A stretch of 64,000 nt of DNA, taken from an uncultured Alphaproteobacteria bacterium (GTDB lineage Bacteria > Pseudomonadota > Alphaproteobacteria > ATCC43930 > CGMCC-115725). Below the pieces are notes generated by a model. The model did not search any database and had not been told where the DNA came from. It worked only from the letters and a program-made list of their open reading frames with translations. Where the stretch lies: NCBI GenBank assembly GCA_963734125.1, contig CAVTGB010000004.1, positions 71,779 through 135,778 of the forward strand, read 5' to 3'. The position numbers were made by a program, and so were the translations under genes. Numbering within the stretch: position 1 is the stretch's first letter; every line of letters starts with the position of its first letter. Below, piece by piece: positions 1 to 9,214 of the stretch.

Positions 1-314
1 CCCCAGGGCGCAGCTTGCAGCAGTTTTACCTCTTGCGTCGTCACCAGCGGGCGGAATCTCACGGCGAAGCCCTCGACGAAATCCTTGTTTGTAAACACCG
101 CCGCCCAATGTGCCCGGCGATCGGAGTTGTCGTCGAATTTCCACAAATGGACGAGCTGATTGATCGTCCCCGTGTCGGCCTGGAAATAGCCGATCAGCTT
201 CTTGTCCTGGCCGCCCTTTTGCAGCGCCGGAAAGCCGAGCTCCTGGTAGAGCTTTACCGCCTCCGCCATGGCCCCGACCCGCAATGTGTAGGTTCGCATC
301 TCATAGAGAGCCAT
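1..314 (-). CDS. NIPSNAP family protein (C-terminal end runs off the left window edge)
   Basis: Own reverse-strand translation from ATG 314-312 (GGAGGA 6 nt upstream): MALYEMRTYTLRVGAMAEAVKLYQELGFPALQKGGQDKKLIGYFQADTGTINQLVHLWKFDDNSDRRAHWAAVFTNKDFVEGF... This fits the NIPSNAP pattern. It is absent from the ORF track because no stop lies in the window. The + strand ORF 15-344 is its antisense shadow. Confidence 0.7.
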   Translation of the reverse strand, partial: MALYEMRTYTLRVGAMAEAVKLYQELGFPALQKGGQDKKLIGYFQADTGTINQLVHLWKFDDNSDRRAHWAAVFTNKDFVEGFAVRFRPLVTTQEVKLLQAAPW

Positions 315-369
315 CGAGATTCCTCCTTCAGTCGCGGCACCTGACGAGGCGTGCGCAGCCGCCCGCGGT

Positions 370-999
370 TTATGCGCTCTTCTGGGTCATGCCGAAGAGC
401 CACGGCCGGGTGCGCCGCGCCTCGGTTTCATAGGTGGCGATCTCGGCGCCCTTCTGTTCGGTGAGGCCGATGTCGTCGAGGCCGTTCAGCATGCAGTGTT
501 TGCGGAAGGGGTCGATGTCGAAATGCACAACGCCGCCGTCGGGGCGCGAGATCGTCTGCTTTTCGAGATCGATCGTGAGGACCGCGTTGGCGCCCTTCTT
601 GGCGTCTTCCATCAGCTGGTCGACCACCTCCTGCGGCAGCGCGATCGGGAGGAGGCCGTTTTTGAAGCAGTTGTTGTAGAAGATGTCGGCAAAGGAGGGC
701 GCGATGACGCAGGTGATGCCGAAATCGGTCAAGGCCCACGGCGCGTGCTCGCGGCTAGACCCGCAGCCGAAATTGTCGCCGGCAACGATGATCCGGGCCT
801 TGCGGTAGGGACCCTGGTTCAACACGAAATCGGGGTTTTCCGAGCCGTCCGGCCGGAAGCGGATCTCCTGAAACAGCCATTTGGCGAGCCCGGTGCGCCG
901 GATCGTCTTCAGAAACACCGCCGGGAAGATCTTGTCGGTGTCGATATTGATCATCGGCAGCGGCGCCGCGACCCCGGTCAAGGTGGTGAATTTGTCCAT
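370..999 (-). CDS. leuD: 3-isopropylmalate dehydratase small subunit
   Basis: ORF 370-1041. The conserved LeuD sequence begins at the internal Met ([24 protein letters not shown] ... [17 protein letters not shown]). It lies directly downstream of leuC. Confidence 0.95.
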   Translation of the reverse strand: MDKFTTLTGVAAPLPMINIDTDKIFPAVFLKTIRRTGLAKWLFQEIRFRPDGSENPDFVLNQGPYRKARIIVAGDNFGCGSSREHAPWALTDFGITCVIAPSFADIFYNNCFKNGLLPIALPQEVVDQLMEDAKKGANAVLTIDLEKQTISRPDGGVVHFDIDPFRKHCMLNGLDDIGLTEQKGAEIATYETEARRTRPWLFGMTQKSA

Positions 1000-1016
1000 C
1001 TCTGCCCTCTTGCACA

Positions 1017-1094
1017 GATCCCTGCGGAGGCAGGGACCCATTTTCCTATTTCACGAACGAGTTGAACGATGGATCCCTGCCTCCGCAGGGATCT
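1017..1094. repeat. REP-like palindromic element, family F (two mutually inverted hairpins)
   Basis: GATCCCTGCGGAGGCAGGGA at 1017 and its reverse complement GATCCCTGCCTCCGCAGGGATC at 1071. Each arm is itself a CCCTGC/GCAGGG hairpin. The element fills the leuC-leuD gap. Confidence 0.7.
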
Positions 1095-1103
1095 CCCGTC
1101 TGC

Positions 1104-2510
1104 TCAGCCGAACTCGCGCACGTCGGCGAGGTGGCCGGTGACAGCGGCGGCGGCGGCCATCGCGGGGCCGACCAGGTGGGTTTTGGCACCGGGGCCCTGG
1201 CGGCCCTCGAAATTGCGGTTCGAGGTCGAGGCGATGCGCTCGCCGTTTTCGGCCCGGTCGTTGTTCATCGACATGCAGTTGGAGCAGCCGGGCTCGCGCC
1301 ATTCGAAGCCGGCTTCGAGGAAGATCCGGTCGAGGCCTTCTGCTTCGGCCTGGTGCTTGACGAGGCCGGAGCCGGGGACGACCAATGCCCGCACGCCCTC
1401 GGCGACGTGGCGCCCGCGGGCGATCGCGGCGGCGGCGCGCAGGTCCTCGATCCGGCTGTTGGTGCAGGAGCCGATGAACACCCGCTGCACCGGGATCTCG
1501 GTGAGCAGCGTCTTGGGCTTCAGATGCATGTATTCGAGGGCGCGCTCGATCGCGGCGCGCTTCTGCGGGTCGGCGATCTCGGCAGGGTCGGGGACCCGGC
1601 CGGTGATCGGCGCGGTCTGCTCGGGGTTGGTCCCCCAGGTGACGTGCGGCGCGATGTCCGCGGCGTCGAGCGAAGCCTTCTTGTCGAAATGGGCGCCGGG
1701 ATCGGAGGGGAGGGTGCGCCAATAGGCCAGCGCCTGTTCCCACTGCGCGCCCTTCGGCGCATAGGGCCGGCCCTTGACATAGGCGAAGGTGGTTTCGTCC
1801 GGGGCGACGAGGCCGGCGCGGGCGCCTGCTTCGACCGTCATGTTGCACACCGTCATGCGGCCTTCCATCGAGAGCGCGCGGATCGTCGAGCCGGCATATT
1901 CGATGACATGACCGGTGCCGCCCGCGGTGCCGATCTTGCCGATGATCGCGAGGATCACATCCTTGGCGCTGACCCCGGCGCCGAGGGTGCCGTTGACTTC
2001 GACCAGCATGTTTTTGGCATGGCGCTGGCTTAACGTCTGGGTCGCCAGCACATGCTCGACTTCGGAAGTGCCGATGCCGAAGGCGAGCGCCCCCAAGGCG
2101 CCATGCGTCGCGGTGTGGCTGTCGCCGCAGACGATCGTCATCCCCGGTTGCGAGAGGCCCTGCTCGGGGCCGATGATGTGGACGATCCCCTGGTTGATAC
2201 TGAGGATCGGGAAATAGGGCACCCCGAAATCGCGGACATTCTGCTCGAGCGTATCGACCTGGAGCCTGGATTCCGGCTCGTCGATCCCGGCCTGGCGATT
2301 GCTCGTCGGAATGTTGTGGTCGCACACCGCCATCGTCGCGTCGGGCCGGCGCACCTTGCGGCCGGCAAGGCGCAGGCCCTCGAAGGCCTGCGGCGTCGTC
2401 ACCTCGTGGATCAGATGCAGGTCGATATACAGGAGATAGGTGCCTTCGCCCTGCGGGGCGATGACATGACTGTCCCAGATCTTGTCGAACAGGGTGCGCG
2501 GCGCTGCCAT
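1104..2510 (-). CDS. leuC: 3-isopropylmalate dehydratase large subunit
   Basis: 468-aa ORF with aconitase-family LeuC sequence ([17 protein letters not shown] ... [11 protein letters not shown] ... [11 protein letters not shown] ... [10 protein letters not shown]). Confidence 0.97.
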   Translation of the reverse strand: MAAPRTLFDKIWDSHVIAPQGEGTYLLYIDLHLIHEVTTPQAFEGLRLAGRKVRRPDATMAVCDHNIPTSNRQAGIDEPESRLQVDTLEQNVRDFGVPYFPILSINQGIVHIIGPEQGLSQPGMTIVCGDSHTATHGALGALAFGIGTSEVEHVLATQTLSQRHAKNMLVEVNGTLGAGVSAKDVILAIIGKIGTAGGTGHVIEYAGSTIRALSMEGRMTVCNMTVEAGARAGLVAPDETTFAYVKGRPYAPKGAQWEQALAYWRTLPSDPGAHFDKKASLDAADIAPHVTWGTNPEQTAPITGRVPDPAEIADPQKRAAIERALEYMHLKPKTLLTEIPVQRVFIGSCTNSRIEDLRAAAAIARGRHVAEGVRALVVPGSGLVKHQAEAEGLDRIFLEAGFEWREPGCSNCMSMNNDRAENGERIASTSNRNFEGRQGPGAKTHLVGPAMAAAAAVTGHLADVREFG

Positions 2511-2550
2511 GCGTGCTCTCCAGTGGACGGGAAGTCCGTCCTATTGCGGA

Positions 2551-2616
2551 GGGTTTCGCTGCTCTCAACCCACCCTACACGCGCATTTCGTAGGATTGTT
2601 GAGCATTGCGAAACCC
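2551..2616. repeat. REP-like inverted repeat, family C
   Basis: GGGTTTCGCTGCTCTCAACCCACCCTAC, an 11-nt spacer, then GTAGGATTGTTGAGCATTGCGAAACCC. It sits between the leuC start and the rplS stop. Related copies occur at 6495-6659. Confidence 0.7.
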
Positions 2617-2619
2617 CTC

Positions 2620-3027
2620 CTATGCTTCGCTCTCGGCCGCGGCCTGGGCGCGTTCGCGGCGGGTGTCTTCGCGGCCGCGCTCGGCGATACGCGCCGATTT
2701 CCCGCGCAAGCCGCGCAGGAAATATAGCTTGGCGCGCCGCACGTCGCCGCGGCGCACGACCTCGATCGCGGTGATCCGCGGCGAGTGCAGCGGAAAGACC
2801 CGCTCCACCCCTTCGCCATAGGAGATTTTGCGCAGCGTGAAGTTCGAGTTGATCCCGGCATTCTTGCGGGCGATGCAGACGCCCTCGAAGGCCTGGATGC
2901 GCTCGCGCTCGCCTTCGACGACGCGCAGGCTGACCTTGACCGTGTCGCCTGGTTGGAAAGGCGGCACCGGCCGCGTCGCGATGAGCCTGGCGACCTGCTC
3001 GGCTTCGAGCTGTTGCAATATGTTCAT
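2620..3027 (-). CDS. rplS: 50S ribosomal protein L19
   Basis: ORF 2620-3078. Conserved L19 starts at the internal Met ([15 protein letters not shown] ... FQPGDTVKV ... [14 protein letters not shown]). Its ATG overlaps the trmD stop (ATGA). Confidence 0.95.
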   Translation of the reverse strand: MNILQQLEAEQVARLIATRPVPPFQPGDTVKVSLRVVEGERERIQAFEGVCIARKNAGINSNFTLRKISYGEGVERVFPLHSPRITAIEVVRRGDVRRAKLYFLRGLRGKSARIAERGREDTRRERAQAAAESEA

Positions 3028-3740
3028 CTCTGTTCCTCTTGCGGCGCCCGTTCCTGTCGGGCGAGGTAGCGCCGCCACAGATCGGGACGGCGCTCCCGGG
3101 TCAAACGCTCCGCTTCATGTCGCCGCCAGGCGCGGACCCGCTGGTGGTCGCCCGACGCCAGCACCTCCGGCACCGCGCGGCCCTGCCATAGAGCGGGCCT
3201 GGTATAATGCGGGTATTCGAGCAGCCCCTCGGCAAAACTTTCCTCCGTCAATGCCTCGGCCGAGCCAATGACGCCGGGCAAGAGCCGCACGCAGGCGTCG
3301 ATCAGCGCAATCGCCGCCGGCTCGCCGCCCGACAGGACAAAATCGCCGAGGCTCAATTCCTCGACCGAGCGGGCTTCGAGCGCGCGCTCGTCCACCCCCT
3401 CGAAGCGTCCGCAGATGAGCCGCACCCCGGCGCCGGCCGCGAGTTCCCGCACCCGCCCTTGGCAAAGCGGCCGGCCGCGCGGCGACATCAGGATCAACGG
3501 CCCCGACCCGCCGGCGCCGGCGATCGCGCTGTCGAGCACATCGGGCCGCATCACCATCCCCGGCCCGCCGCCAAACGGCGCATCGTCGACGGAACGGTGT
3601 TTATCGCGCGCGTAATCGCGGATGTCCACCGTTTCGAGTTGCCAGATCCCGGCCTCCAGCGCCTTGCCCGCCAGCGAATAGGCGAGCGGGCCCGGGAGCA
3701 TTTCCGGAAAGATCGTAAGGACCGTGGCGCGCCAGCTCAT
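3024..3740 (-). CDS. trmD: tRNA (guanine37-N1)-methyltransferase
   Basis: 238-aa ORF with TrmD motifs ([15 protein letters not shown] ... [12 protein letters not shown] ... [14 protein letters not shown]). Conserved rpsP-rimM-trmD-rplS order. Confidence 0.95.
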   Translation of the reverse strand: MSWRATVLTIFPEMLPGPLAYSLAGKALEAGIWQLETVDIRDYARDKHRSVDDAPFGGGPGMVMRPDVLDSAIAGAGGSGPLILMSPRGRPLCQGRVRELAAGAGVRLICGRFEGVDERALEARSVEELSLGDFVLSGGEPAAIALIDACVRLLPGVIGSAEALTEESFAEGLLEYPHYTRPALWQGRAVPEVLASGDHQRVRAWRRHEAERLTRERRPDLWRRYLARQERAPQEEQR

Positions 3741-4324
3741 GGGCGTTCTTCGACAATAGGGTCAATGAGCCCGGGGGGCGGATCGACCACCAGCATTCCG
3801 GCGCCGAGGTCGACAACCGGCACCACAGCGCGGGTGAAGGGGACCATCGCCGGCGGGCCCTCGGAGCGCACGATCTCCAGCGTATCGCCGGCACCGAAAT
3901 CATGGACCGCGCGGACATGGCCGAGCACCGTCCCGTCAAGGAGTGCGGCGGCGAGGCCGATCAGATCGGCGTGGTAATATTCATCGGCCGGCGGGGGCGG
4001 CAGCGCCGCGCGCGGCAAATAGAGCCGCAATCCGCGCAACGCCTCGGCGCTGGTACGGTCGGCGACCCCGCCAACGCGGCAGACGACGACGCCTTTGACG
4101 CTGCGCATCAGGCTCAAGGACCAGCGCCGCTCGCCCGTTTCGTCTTCGAGCGGGCCGTAGCGCGCAACGTCTTTGGGGTCGGCGGTGAAGCTCTTGACGC
4201 GCACGGCGCCGCGGACGCCATGTGCGGCGGTGATGATGCCGAGGCAGACGCGCTTTGCCGCGGGCGAGCCATCCGCTCCCGCGCCGCGGGAGAGGGGCTT
4301 ATTGGCGGCGGGGGCGCTCTGCAT
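3737..4324 (-). CDS. rimM: ribosome maturation factor RimM
   Basis: 195-aa ORF ([19 protein letters not shown] ... PRT-barrel-like C-terminus). It overlaps the trmD start by 4 nt and follows rpsP. Confidence 0.9.
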   Translation of the reverse strand: MQSAPAANKPLSRGAGADGSPAAKRVCLGIITAAHGVRGAVRVKSFTADPKDVARYGPLEDETGERRWSLSLMRSVKGVVVCRVGGVADRTSAEALRGLRLYLPRAALPPPPADEYYHADLIGLAAALLDGTVLGHVRAVHDFGAGDTLEIVRSEGPPAMVPFTRAVVPVVDLGAGMLVVDPPPGLIDPIVEERP

Positions 4325-4347
4325 AGGAGGGATGTCTGCAGATCGGT

Positions 4348-4701
4348 TTAGCCGCGGGCCGCGGCGGCGGCTTCTTCGGCAGCCTTGGCACGTTCCTGCG
4401 CCTTGGCTTTCGGCGTCGACTTGAACGGGGTTTCGCGCTGCGCCGGCTTCTCGATGAGGCCAGCGTCGCCCAGAAAACGCGCCACCCGCTCGGTCGGCTG
4501 GGCGCCGACCCCGAGCCAGTGCTTCAATCGCTCGTCCTTGAGCGTCACGCGGTCGGCATGGCCCTTGTCCAGCATCGGGTTGTAAGTGCCAAGCTTTTCG
4601 ATGAACCGCCCGTCGCGCGGGCTGCGCGCGTCGGCGACGACGATTGCATAAAACGGCCGCTTCTTGGCGCCGCCGCGGGCGAGCCGGATCTTCAGAGACA
4701 T
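4348..4701 (-). CDS. rpsP: 30S ribosomal protein S16
   Basis: [42 protein letters not shown] is a canonical S16 N-terminus, followed by an alphaproteobacterial-type C-terminal extension. Confidence 0.95.
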   Translation of the reverse strand: MSLKIRLARGGAKKRPFYAIVVADARSPRDGRFIEKLGTYNPMLDKGHADRVTLKDERLKHWLGVGAQPTERVARFLGDAGLIEKPAQRETPFKSTPKAKAQERAKAAEEAAAAARG

Positions 4702-4721
4702 CGGTTACCTTTCAAAGGAAT

Positions 4722-4806
4722 GTCGTCATCCCGGCGAAAGCCGGGATCCATCCGTCCGCGGCTCGAATGGGGCAGAAATGGGTCCCGGCTTTCGCCGGGA
4801 TGACAC
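4722..4806. repeat. REP-like inverted repeat, family A
   Basis: GTCGTCATCCCGGCGAAAGCCGGGATCC ... GGGTCCCGGCTTTCGCCGGGATGACAC. Each arm contains a CCCGGC/GCCGGG hairpin. It sits between ffh and rpsP. Confidence 0.75.
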
Positions 4807-4831
4807 TGAAGGAAAGGGTGCATCGCAAAGG

Positions 4832-6214
4832 TCAATGCCGGAACCCGCCGCCGCCGGGTATCAGCGCCGACAGGCCATGCCGCATCAGGCCCTTTTGCCC
4901 GAGCTTTTTCATCTTTTTCATCATCCCGGCCATGTCCTGATACTGCTTCAAGAGGCGGTTGACATCGGGGACCGTGGTGCCCGACCCGGCGGCGATGCGG
5001 CGCCGGCGCGAGCCATTGAGGAGCTTGGGGTTCTTGCGCTCGGATTTGGTCATCGAACCGATGATCGCCTCCTGGCGCTTGATGATGCCCTCGTCGATAT
5101 TGGCGCCGGCCAGCTGTTTCTTGATCTTGCCCACCCCCGGCAGCATCCCGAGCATGCCCCCCATGCCGCCCATCCGGCGGATCTGGCGCAACTGCCCGGC
5201 GAGATCGTCGAGATCGAAATTGCCCTGTTGCAGCTTGGCGGCGAGCCGCTCTGCTTCGTCCTCGTCGGCGGTTTCGGCGGCCTTCTCGACCAGGCTGACG
5301 ATGTCTCCCATGCCGAGGATGCGCCCGGCGATGCGCTCGGGGTGGAAGGGTTCGAGCGCCTCCAGCCTCTCGCCGGTGCCGAGGAGGACGATCGGCTTGC
5401 CGGTGATCGCGCGCATCGACAAGGCGGCGCCGCCGCGCGCGTCGCCGTCGACCCGCGTTAGGACAATCCCGGTGAGGCCGGCGCGCTCGGCGAAAGCCTT
5501 GGCGACAGTGACCGCGTCCTGCCCGGTCATCGCGTCGGCGACGAGGAGGGTCTGGTGCGGGGTGGCGGCCTCGCGCACCGCGGCGACTTCGAGCATCAGC
5601 TCTTCGTCGACATGGAGCCGGCCGGCGGTGTCGAGGAGGACGACATCATACCCTTCGGTGCGCCCCATTTGCAGCGCTCGCCTTGTGATCGCGACCGGGC
5701 CCTCGCCGGCGACGATCGGCAAAGTCGCGACGCCGCTCTGGCGGCCAAGCTGCGCCAGTTGCTCTTGTGCCGCGGGGCGCTGCACGTCGAGCCCGGCCAT
5801 CAAGACTTTCTTGCGCTCGCGATTTTTGAGGCGCAGTGCGATCTTGGCTGCGGTCGTCGTCTTGCCCGACCCTTGCAACCCCACCAGGAGGACCACGACC
5901 GGCGCCGGCGCGTTGAGGTCGAGCCCGTCTCCGGTGCCACGCGGCGCATTGCCGCCGAGGACATCGACGAGATGGTCGTGGACGATCTTGACGACCATCT
6001 GGCCCGGCGTCACCGAGCGCACCACGTCTTGCCCGACCGCCTTCTCGCGCACCGTCGCGATGAAATCGCGCACCACGGGAAGCGCGACATCGGCTTCGAG
6101 GAGCGCGATGCGGATCTCGCGCATCGCGGCGGCGACATCGTCTTCGCCCAGCGCGCCGCGCCCGCGCAGCCGGTCGAAGACTTCATTCAGGCGGTTGCCG
6201 AGGGTCTCGAACAT
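4832..6214 (-). CDS. ffh: signal recognition particle protein Ffh
   Basis: 460-aa ORF with an SRP54-type GTPase (GLQGSGKTTTAAK, DTAGR, TRVDGD) and a Met-rich M domain (RRMGGMGGMLGMLPG). Confidence 0.97.
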   Translation of the reverse strand: MFETLGNRLNEVFDRLRGRGALGEDDVAAAMREIRIALLEADVALPVVRDFIATVREKAVGQDVVRSVTPGQMVVKIVHDHLVDVLGGNAPRGTGDGLDLNAPAPVVVLLVGLQGSGKTTTAAKIALRLKNRERKKVLMAGLDVQRPAAQEQLAQLGRQSGVATLPIVAGEGPVAITRRALQMGRTEGYDVVLLDTAGRLHVDEELMLEVAAVREAATPHQTLLVADAMTGQDAVTVAKAFAERAGLTGIVLTRVDGDARGGAALSMRAITGKPIVLLGTGERLEALEPFHPERIAGRILGMGDIVSLVEKAAETADEDEAERLAAKLQQGNFDLDDLAGQLRQIRRMGGMGGMLGMLPGVGKIKKQLAGANIDEGIIKRQEAIIGSMTKSERKNPKLLNGSRRRRIAAGSGTTVPDVNRLLKQYQDMAGMMKKMKKLGQKGLMRHGLSALIPGGGGFRH

Positions 6215-6250
6215 CAGAGCGAAACCCGATCAGGTTGGTCACGGTAAAAG

Positions 6251-6323
6251 GTCGTCATCCCCGGGCTTGACCCGGGGATCTCGGTGTACCCGCGGATGGC
6301 CGGGTCAAGCCCGGCCATGACGG
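6251..6323. repeat. REP-like inverted repeat, family B
   Basis: GTCGTCATCCCCGGGCTTGACCCGGGGATC ... GGCCGGGTCAAGCCCGGCCATGACGG. A second copy lies at 62317-62400. Confidence 0.75.
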
Positions 6324-6494
6324 ATAAATTGGGCGATGTGATAATGCTCCATTCTCCCAATGCCCAACAGGCCGGCGCGCGAAACTCGTGGACCGGCCGG
6401 CTCCCGACATGGGGAGCGAATGAGCACGCTGCTACAGGCGGCGAACGGACGCTACAGATGGGCCCGGGAAGTGTCAATTCACGCGTGGGCGGTC

Positions 6495-6659
6495 GTAGGA
6501 TGGGTTGAGCATCGCGAAACCCATCATCGCTTAGCTAGTTAGTTCACAATGAGGCAGCGAGGCGGTAAGAGCGCTACGCTGCTAACCCTGAGTGCCTCAC
6601 CGTCTCATTGTGGATTGCGATGGGTTTCTCCCGGCTGTTGCCGGGCTCACCCATCCTAC
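6495..6659. repeat. composite MITE-like element: family C arms separated by about 90 nt of lower-GC insert
   Basis: The left arm is GTAGGATGGGTTGAGCATCGCGAAACCCATC. The right arm is GCGATGGGTTTC..GGGCTCACCCATCCTAC. The inner segment has its own imperfect inverted repeat (CACAATGAG.. / ..CTCATTGTG). Confidence 0.6.
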
Positions 6660-6687
6660 GTGCTGCACGCGGCTCCCGCGCAGACAT

Positions 6688-7902
6688 TCACCGCCACAGC
6701 TGCTTTGTCGCCAGCGCGGCGCCTTGGGCGAGGGCCTCGAGTTTGGCCCAGGCGATTTGCGGGTGGACGCGGCCGCCGAGGCCGCAATCGGTTGAGGCGA
6801 TGACCCTTTCGCGGCCGACGATGTTGGCGAAGCGCAGGATCCGGTCGGCGACCAGTTCGGGGTGCTCGATGACGTTGGTGGCGTGGCTGACGACGCCCGG
6901 CAGGAGGACCATGCCGTCGGGAAGTTTCACTTCCTGCCACACCCGCCACTCGTGCTCGTGGCGGACATTGCCGGCCTCGAACGAGATCGCCCCGACCTTG
7001 GCCCGGAGGACGACCGGGAGGATGTCGCGGATCGCGATGTCGGTGACGTGTGGGCCGTGCCAGCTGCCCCAGCACAGATGGAGCCGGATGCGCTCCGGCG
7101 GGAGGCCGCGGATCGCGTGGTTGAGCGCGTCGATCCAGGTAGTAGCGAGCGCCTGATAGTCGGTGACGGAGGGCTCGGGGTTGACCTGGTCCCAACCCTC
7201 GGCGAGGCAGGGGTCGTCGAGCTGCAGGATGATGCCGGCGTCGACGATCGCCTTATATTCCTCGCGCATCGCGTCGGCACAGGCATGGAGGAACTCTTTC
7301 TCGCTCTTGTAATAGGTGTTGCCGATGCGCGCGCAGCTGGCCGGCGCGACTGCGGTCATGAACCCTTCGGCGACCCCGGCGGCGGTGAGCGCGGCCTTGA
7401 AGTTGGCGATGTCGGCGCGGATCATCTCGGCCCCGGCATAGGCGAGGGGCGCGGTGCAGATCGGGGTCGGCGGGCGCGCGCCGGAGCCGGTGGTGATCCC
7501 CGATTCCGGGTCGTTGTAGGCGGCCCCGAACATCGTGCGGTCGCGGCGGTCGCCGAAACTCGTCAGGACGATATGGCCGGGGGTGGAGCGGTGCGGCGCC
7601 ATGTCGTAAAGCGAATCCCGGCCCGGCTCGATGCCGGAGAGGCGCTGCCACGAATAGCGCCACCACGAGCCGTAATTGACGCTCTGCGCCATCGATTTGC
7701 CGAATTCGCCATCGCCCGGTACGTCGATCCCGAGATCATGCTGACGGCGCACGACATCGCCGACCGCCGCGCCGAGCGTCTGCCCGAACTCGCGCTCGTC
7801 GGCTGCACTGGCATCGCGCGCCCGGTTTGCCGCAATGAGGGCGTCCGGCCGCGGCAGGCTGCCGGCGTGGCTGGTGAGGATGTGGTCGGTGCTGGTGCGC
7901 AT
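6688..7902 (-). CDS. cobalamin-independent methionine synthase II (MetE C-terminal domain-like) family protein
   Basis: ORF 6688-7998. The likely start is the ATG at 7902, with GGAGG 8 nt upstream. Family pattern: ILTSHAGSLPRP ... DDPCLAEGW ... HLCWGSWHGPH ... STDCGLG. Confidence 0.85.
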   Translation of the reverse strand: MRTSTDHILTSHAGSLPRPDALIAANRARDASAADEREFGQTLGAAVGDVVRRQHDLGIDVPGDGEFGKSMAQSVNYGSWWRYSWQRLSGIEPGRDSLYDMAPHRSTPGHIVLTSFGDRRDRTMFGAAYNDPESGITTGSGARPPTPICTAPLAYAGAEMIRADIANFKAALTAAGVAEGFMTAVAPASCARIGNTYYKSEKEFLHACADAMREEYKAIVDAGIILQLDDPCLAEGWDQVNPEPSVTDYQALATTWIDALNHAIRGLPPERIRLHLCWGSWHGPHVTDIAIRDILPVVLRAKVGAISFEAGNVRHEHEWRVWQEVKLPDGMVLLPGVVSHATNVIEHPELVADRILRFANIVGRERVIASTDCGLGGRVHPQIAWAKLEALAQGAALATKQLWR

Positions 7903-7996
7903 GGCGTGCCTCCCCGCTGGGTTGTTGCCGCGATCATAGGGTGGCTTGCGCCGGCCCGTCCATTCGGGCGAAGACATCGGGCGGAGGGAAGCCAGC

Positions 7997-9214
7997 ATGT
8001 CGGAGATCGTGGTTGAGGCCGACGACCCGGAAAGCCGGCCGCAGATCGCCTTGCTGCCCGGGTTTCACCGCCGCGCCGAGGGCGGCCACCCGTGGGTCTA
8101 TTCGAACGAAGTTGTGATGGATGAGGCGGCGAAGACGCTGGCGCCCGGGACGCTCGTGACGCTGCGCCGGGCGGATGAGCGGCCGTTCGGCGTCGCGATC
8201 TTCAACCCGCACAATCTGATCGCCGCCCGCCTCCTCGACCGCGATGCCGCGCGGGCGATCAACAAGCGCTTTTTCGCGCGCCGACTGGAGCGCGCGCTCA
8301 GGCTGCGCGAGCGGCTTTACGCGCGGCCCTATTACCGGCTCGTCCATGCCGAGGCGGATGGCCTCCCCGGCCTCATCATCGACCGCTTTGGCGCGGTCCT
8401 GGTCATGCAGGCGAACACCGCGGGAATGGACCGCCTGACCCCGGTCATCATCGAGGCGCTGCAGGGCCTCGTCTCGCCCGAGGCGATCGTCTTGCGCAAC
8501 GACAGCCCGGCGCGCACCCAGGAGGGATTGCCGCTCGAAACCGCGGTTGCACTGGGGACCATCGCCGGTCCGGTGAGGATCGAGGAAGGCGGCGCGGTGT
8601 TTCTCGCCGATGTGCTCGCCGGGCAGAAGACCGGGTGGTTTTTCGACCAGCGCGACAACCGCGCCTTTATCGCCGGGCTCTGCGGTGATGCGCGCGTCCT
8701 CGACCTCTATTGCCACAGCGGCGGGTTTGCCGTCGCCGCGGCCCATGAGGGCGCGGAGAGGGTCGTCGGCATCGACAGTTCGGCGCCCGCCCTTGCGCTT
8801 GCCGCCGAGGCCGCCCGCCAGAATGGCGTCGCCGAGCGCTGCACGTTCCGCCGCGCCGAGGTGTTCGCCGAAGCGGCCGCGCTCGCCGCCCGGGGCGAGC
8901 GGTTCGACATCGTGATCGCCGACCCGCCGGCTTTCGCGCCGGTAAAGCGGGCGGTTCCGGCGGCGCTGCGCGGCTATCGGAAGCTCGCCCATCTCGCCGC
9001 CCAGCTGACCGCGCCGTCGGGGTTTCTGTTCCTGGCGTCGTGTTCCTACAATGTCGGAGTCGGTGAATTCGCCGATGCGGTGCGGCGCGGCCTCGCCGAT
9101 GCCGGCCGCTCGGCGCGCATCCTCCGGATGAGCGGCGCCGGCCCCGACCATCCGGTGCATCCCGCCCTGCCGGAAAGCGCCTATCTGAAAGCGCTCACCC
9201 TGACGCTCGATTAA
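7997..9214 (+). CDS. class I SAM-dependent rRNA (cytosine-C5) methyltransferase, RlmI-like
   Basis: ORF 7946-9214, with the conserved part starting at MSEIVV. It has a PUA-like N-terminus (GHPWVYSNEV), GQKTGWFFDQRDNR, and a Rossmann motif (VLDLYCHSGGFAV ... DPPAF). Confidence 0.85.
   Translation: MSEIVVEADDPESRPQIALLPGFHRRAEGGHPWVYSNEVVMDEAAKTLAPGTLVTLRRADERPFGVAIFNPHNLIAARLLDRDAARAINKRFFARRLERALRLRERLYARPYYRLVHAEADGLPGLIIDRFGAVLVMQANTAGMDRLTPVIIEALQGLVSPEAIVLRNDSPARTQEGLPLETAVALGTIAGPVRIEEGGAVFLADVLAGQKTGWFFDQRDNRAFIAGLCGDARVLDLYCHSGGFAVAAAHEGAERVVGIDSSAPALALAAEAARQNGVAERCTFRRAEVFAEAAALAARGERFDIVIADPPAFAPVKRAVPAALRGYRKLAHLAAQLTAPSGFLFLASCSYNVGVGEFADAVRRGLADAGRSARILRMSGAGPDHPVHPALPESAYLKALTLTLD

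Noticed and set aside
15-344. 109-aa + strand ORF at the left edge
   Set aside because: It is antisense to a much better NIPSNAP-like reading on the minus strand, which has an SD and a conserved sequence. The + strand product has no recognisable features.
1051-2568. 505-aa minus-strand ORF overlapping leuC in another frame. Similar long shadow ORFs occur at 7934-9160, 10753-12177, 25666-27132, 45808-47058, 49493-51172, 51921-53873, 55872-56825 and 60873-62171.
   Set aside because: They are Arg/Pro/Gly/Ala-rich low-complexity translations, which is typical of off-frame or antisense reading of high-GC genes. Each overlaps a gene with unambiguous conserved motifs.
6330-6690. Search for a small RNA, 4.5S/SRP RNA or tRNA near ffh, and for tRNA/rRNA anywhere in the window
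   Set aside because: I found no cloverleaf-compatible sequence, T-loop (GTTCGA-type) context or SRP RNA motif by eye. The structured sequence there is explained by the REP elements. I cannot exclude an sRNA without covariance-model searches.
4700-6700. Possible CRISPR-like array because of recurring GC-rich palindromes
   Set aside because: The repeats are inverted pairs from several different families with irregular spacing. There are no uniform repeat-spacer periodicity and no cas genes, so they are REP/MITE-like elements.
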